29,715 nucleotides of DNA from Thermodesulfobacteriota bacterium (GTDB lineage Bacteria > Desulfobacterota > WTBG01 > JAXHUS01), in contig JAXHUS010000343.1 of assembly GCA_034189305.1 (NCBI GenBank), forward strand, positions 1-29,715. The letters are read 5' to 3'. The position numbers and the translations under genes are program-made. A model generated the notes under the pieces. It was not told where the DNA came from, did no database searches, and saw nothing but the letters and a program-made list of their open reading frames with translations. Positions 27,412 through 29,715 of the stretch are shown piece after piece. Every line of letters begins with the position of its first letter. The stretch's first letter is position 1.

Positions 27412-28904
27412 GAGGTACTTGCAAAATTATTAAAATGAATAATTTTCTTATTACTTAAAAGGGAAAGAAAATAGCTGATGACCTCCTAATTATGATAAAA
27501 TAGAGGTATAAAGAAGAAGGAGGTCATCATGGTAAAATTATTTAATAACCTATCACATTACTGGCGAAGAATACAACTAAATCTTTTCCCCTGGTTAGAG
27601 GAAGAAATTGGTGAACTGAACGAGAAACAACAACAACTTGTTGCCACTCTGGAGCTTGTACGAGTTGAGGAATGTATACAAAGCAGATATGGTTTTCGGG
27701 GTCGACGGCGTAAAGAACGTGCTGCCGTGGGACGTGCTTTTGTTGCTAAAGCTATATATAATATGCCAACGACAAGGCATTTATTGGATCGTTTATTGAC
27801 AGACAAAACAATGAGATGGATTTGTGGATGGGAAAGGAAGAGTGATGTACCGAGCGAATCCACATTTTCCAGAGTTTTTGCGGAGTTTTCCGAGAGTCAA
27901 TTACCCGTGCGTGTCCATGCTGCATTAATTGAGAAGAAGCTTTCAAATGAACTTATTGGACATATTTCACGGGATTCTACTGAGATTGAGTCACGGGAAA
28001 AACCGAAGAAGAAAGAGAAGGTCAGGACAGAGTCTGGTGGAGATGAGCCAAAAAGGAAGCGAGGTCGTCCTAAGAGAGGAGAAGAGCGGGTTAAAGAACC
28101 GACACGATTGGAGAGGCAGCAAACCATGACATTAGAGGAGATGCTGGAAGATTTACCCAAAGATTGTGATATTGGCAGTAAGAAGAACAGCAAGGGGTAT
28201 AAAGAGACCTGGATTGGATACAAGCTGCACATAGATGTTTCAGATGGTCAGATTCCCATCAGTTGTATTTTGACTTCAGCATCGTCTCATGATAGTCAGG
28301 CGGCATTACCACTGGCAGAAATGACAAACCAAAGGGTTACAAATCTGTATGACCTGATGGATTCAGCATATGATTCGCCGATTATTAGAGGACACAGCAA
28401 ATCTTTAGGCCATGTAGCGATAATTGACATCAATCCTCGAAGGAATACGAAATTAAAAGAAGACCTAAGGACAGAAGCGAAACGTCTTGAAATTCTTCAT
28501 TTTGAACGACCTGAAGACCGTCGTTACAATGAGAGGACAAGCATTGAAAGAGTGAATGGCCGACTTAAGGATGAATTTGGAGGAAGAATGGTGCGAGTTC
28601 GAGGTCATACCAAGGTGCTGACACATCTTATGTTTGGAATACTGGCTTTAGCAGCCGATCAATTATTTCGGCTTATTATGTAGTTTTTTTAAAATTTGTA
28701 CAATTTAGCTCTTGAAAGACGCTAAAATAAGGCGTAAGGATAAGTTATGCTTAAAAAAAGCAGCAAAATTTACTAAAGTTTCTATTTTTTCTAAATTAAA
28801 TATATTATTGGTAAATTTAAGTGAGTTTATAAATAAAAGTGTCATATAATGACTATCATATTAAAAATATAAATTATTTTGCATTTGAATTTTGCAAGTG
28901 GCTC
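27412..28904 (+). mobile_element. Insertion sequence, 1,493 bp, with 17-bp imperfect terminal inverted repeats
   Basis: IRL GAGGTACTTGCAAAATT (27412-27428) and IRR AATTTTGCAAGTGGCTC (28888-28904) match at 15/17; no target duplication longer than 1 bp is visible. Confidence 0.88.
27529..28683 (+). CDS. DDE transposase (IS4/IS5-like DDE_Tnp_1 type, DUF772-like N-terminus)
   Basis: VPSESTFSR, ISRDSTEI, GYKLHIDV, LMDSAYDS and YNERTSIERVNGRLK (DDE residues); AGGAGG RBS. Confidence 0.9.
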   Translation: MVKLFNNLSHYWRRIQLNLFPWLEEEIGELNEKQQQLVATLELVRVEECIQSRYGFRGRRRKERAAVGRAFVAKAIYNMPTTRHLLDRLLTDKTMRWICGWERKSDVPSESTFSRVFAEFSESQLPVRVHAALIEKKLSNELIGHISRDSTEIESREKPKKKEKVRTESGGDEPKRKRGRPKRGEERVKEPTRLERQQTMTLEEMLEDLPKDCDIGSKKNSKGYKETWIGYKLHIDVSDGQIPISCILTSASSHDSQAALPLAEMTNQRVTNLYDLMDSAYDSPIIRGHSKSLGHVAIIDINPRRNTKLKEDLRTEAKRLEILHFERPEDRRYNERTSIERVNGRLKDEFGGRMVRVRGHTKVLTHLMFGILALAADQLFRLIM

Positions 28905-28987
28905 AACAGAATAAATTATTGGAGGCAAACAACAAAGCACTGGAAAAAAGGCTGGCTAAATTAGAGGCTCAATTTAACGAGAGGTAA
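28905..28987 (+). pseudogene. C-terminal coiled-coil remnant of a gene truncated at the IS right end
   Basis: Open frame QNKLLEANNKALEKRLAKLEAQFNER followed by tandem TAA TAA, beginning exactly at IRR with no start codon. Confidence 0.45.
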
Positions 28988-29079
28988 TAACGACATTGGA
29001 GATATCGCTTAGCCATCCTGCAAACTTTTTTAACTGAGATGTTGAAAAAGTCATAAAGGCTGGGGAGGTATTACCAGGA

Positions 29080-29352
29080 ATGAGAAAGATTGAAATAATA
29101 CCCATCGCAAGGAAAAAGTCAAAACGAAGGGGAATACCTGAAGAATGGATAATAGAAACGATAAATTTTCCCGCTCAGATTGTTGAAGGATATGGAGAGC
29201 GTAAAGTCGCTCATAGAAAATACCTGCGTGAAGGCAGAGAATATTTGCTGAGAGTAGTTTATGAGGAAAAAGAAGAACTGAATAAAGTCATTACTGCCTA
29301 CCTGACTTCTCAGGTAGAACGTTACTGGAAGGAGGAAAGGGATGAGGATTGA
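29080..29352 (+). CDS. DUF4258-family protein (putative toxin)
   Basis: 90 aa; RRGIPEEWIIETINFP...RKVAHRKY...LLRVVYEE...VITAY fits the DUF4258 pattern; paired with a DUF2283-like gene. Confidence 0.75.
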   Translation: MRKIEIIPIARKKSKRRGIPEEWIIETINFPAQIVEGYGERKVAHRKYLREGREYLLRVVYEEKEELNKVITAYLTSQVERYWKEERDED

Positions 29353-29560
29353 ATATGACCCAAAACATGATGTACTGAATATTGAATTTATTTCCGAAGA
29401 ATCAATTGTTGAATCTATCGAACTTGAAGGAATTATCATTGATTATTCAAAAGACAGAAGGATTGTGGCTATAGAAATCCTTGATGCTGGAAAGCGAACT
29501 ACAAAGAATCCGTTAGATCTACTCGATCTCACAATTGTCAAAGAAAGGGCTTTGGCATAA
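29342..29560 (+). CDS. DUF2283-family protein (putative antitoxin)
   Basis: MRIEYDPKHDVLNIEF...GIIIDYSKDRRIVAIEILDA fits DUF2283; 11-bp overlap with the upstream gene. Confidence 0.8.
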   Translation: MRIEYDPKHDVLNIEFISEESIVESIELEGIIIDYSKDRRIVAIEILDAGKRTTKNPLDLLDLTIVKERALA

Positions 29561-29595
29561 ATAAGGCTTACGGTGAATGGCTGATCATTAAGCAT

Positions 29596-29715
29596 TGAAG
29601 AGTGATAAAAAAGCAATGAAGAGTTAAGAATGTTATAAAAACAATTAAGAGTGAAGAATTAAGAATGAAAAATGAAAAAAATAACTCTTTAACTCTTAAC
29701 TCTTCATTCTTAACT
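29596..29715. repeat. Degenerate heptamer tandem repeats arranged as an inverted repeat
   Basis: Purine-rich units (TGAAGAG/TAAGAAT/TAAGAGT) face pyrimidine-rich units (TAACTCT/TCATTCT). AATGAAGAGTTAAG (29615-29628) is the exact reverse complement of 29695-29708. Runs off the window end. Confidence 0.75.

Noticed and set aside
1-29715. CRISPR arrays, tRNA, rRNA, known riboswitches
   Set aside because: No regularly spaced repeat-spacer units or recognisable RNA-gene signatures seen by eye; an Infernal/tRNAscan run would be needed to exclude small RNAs.

Overview
AT-rich bacterial window. LPS heptose genes, sigma-54 promoters, sat and NrpR paralogues are compatible with a Gram-negative anaerobe such as Desulfobacterota, but the host is inferred, not established. 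Left to right: (1) a >2,000-aa minus-strand type I FAS/PKS missed by the ORF track (two FabK/NMO-like enoyl-reductase barrels, KS, AT, two ACPs, start of a probable KR region). It ends abruptly in a 116-bp GC-rich flavoprotein fragment that is probably a chimeric contig end. (2) A FabF-type ketosynthase followed by a catalytically dead KS (CLF-like). This pair and the PKS have identical 17-bp sigma-54 boxes and a shared TGG-N10-CCA enhancer-like motif. (3) A divergent stand-alone sat with a TetR/FadR-like palindrome at its promoter. (4) An LPS inner-core cluster (waaC-like, Trm112-like, B12 radical SAM, waaF-like, split hldE), interrupted by an antisense 1518-aa soluble ClpA-like/receiver/FtsH-like fusion protease. 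(5) A DUF318 permease and a DAACS symporter. (6) Two convergent NrpR-family regulators. (7) A DDE insertion sequence, a gene remnant, a DUF4258/DUF2283 TA-like pair and a heptamer inverted-repeat element. The best candidates for undescribed biology are the co-regulated hybrid type I/type II lipid synthase system and the Clp-REC-FtsH fusion.
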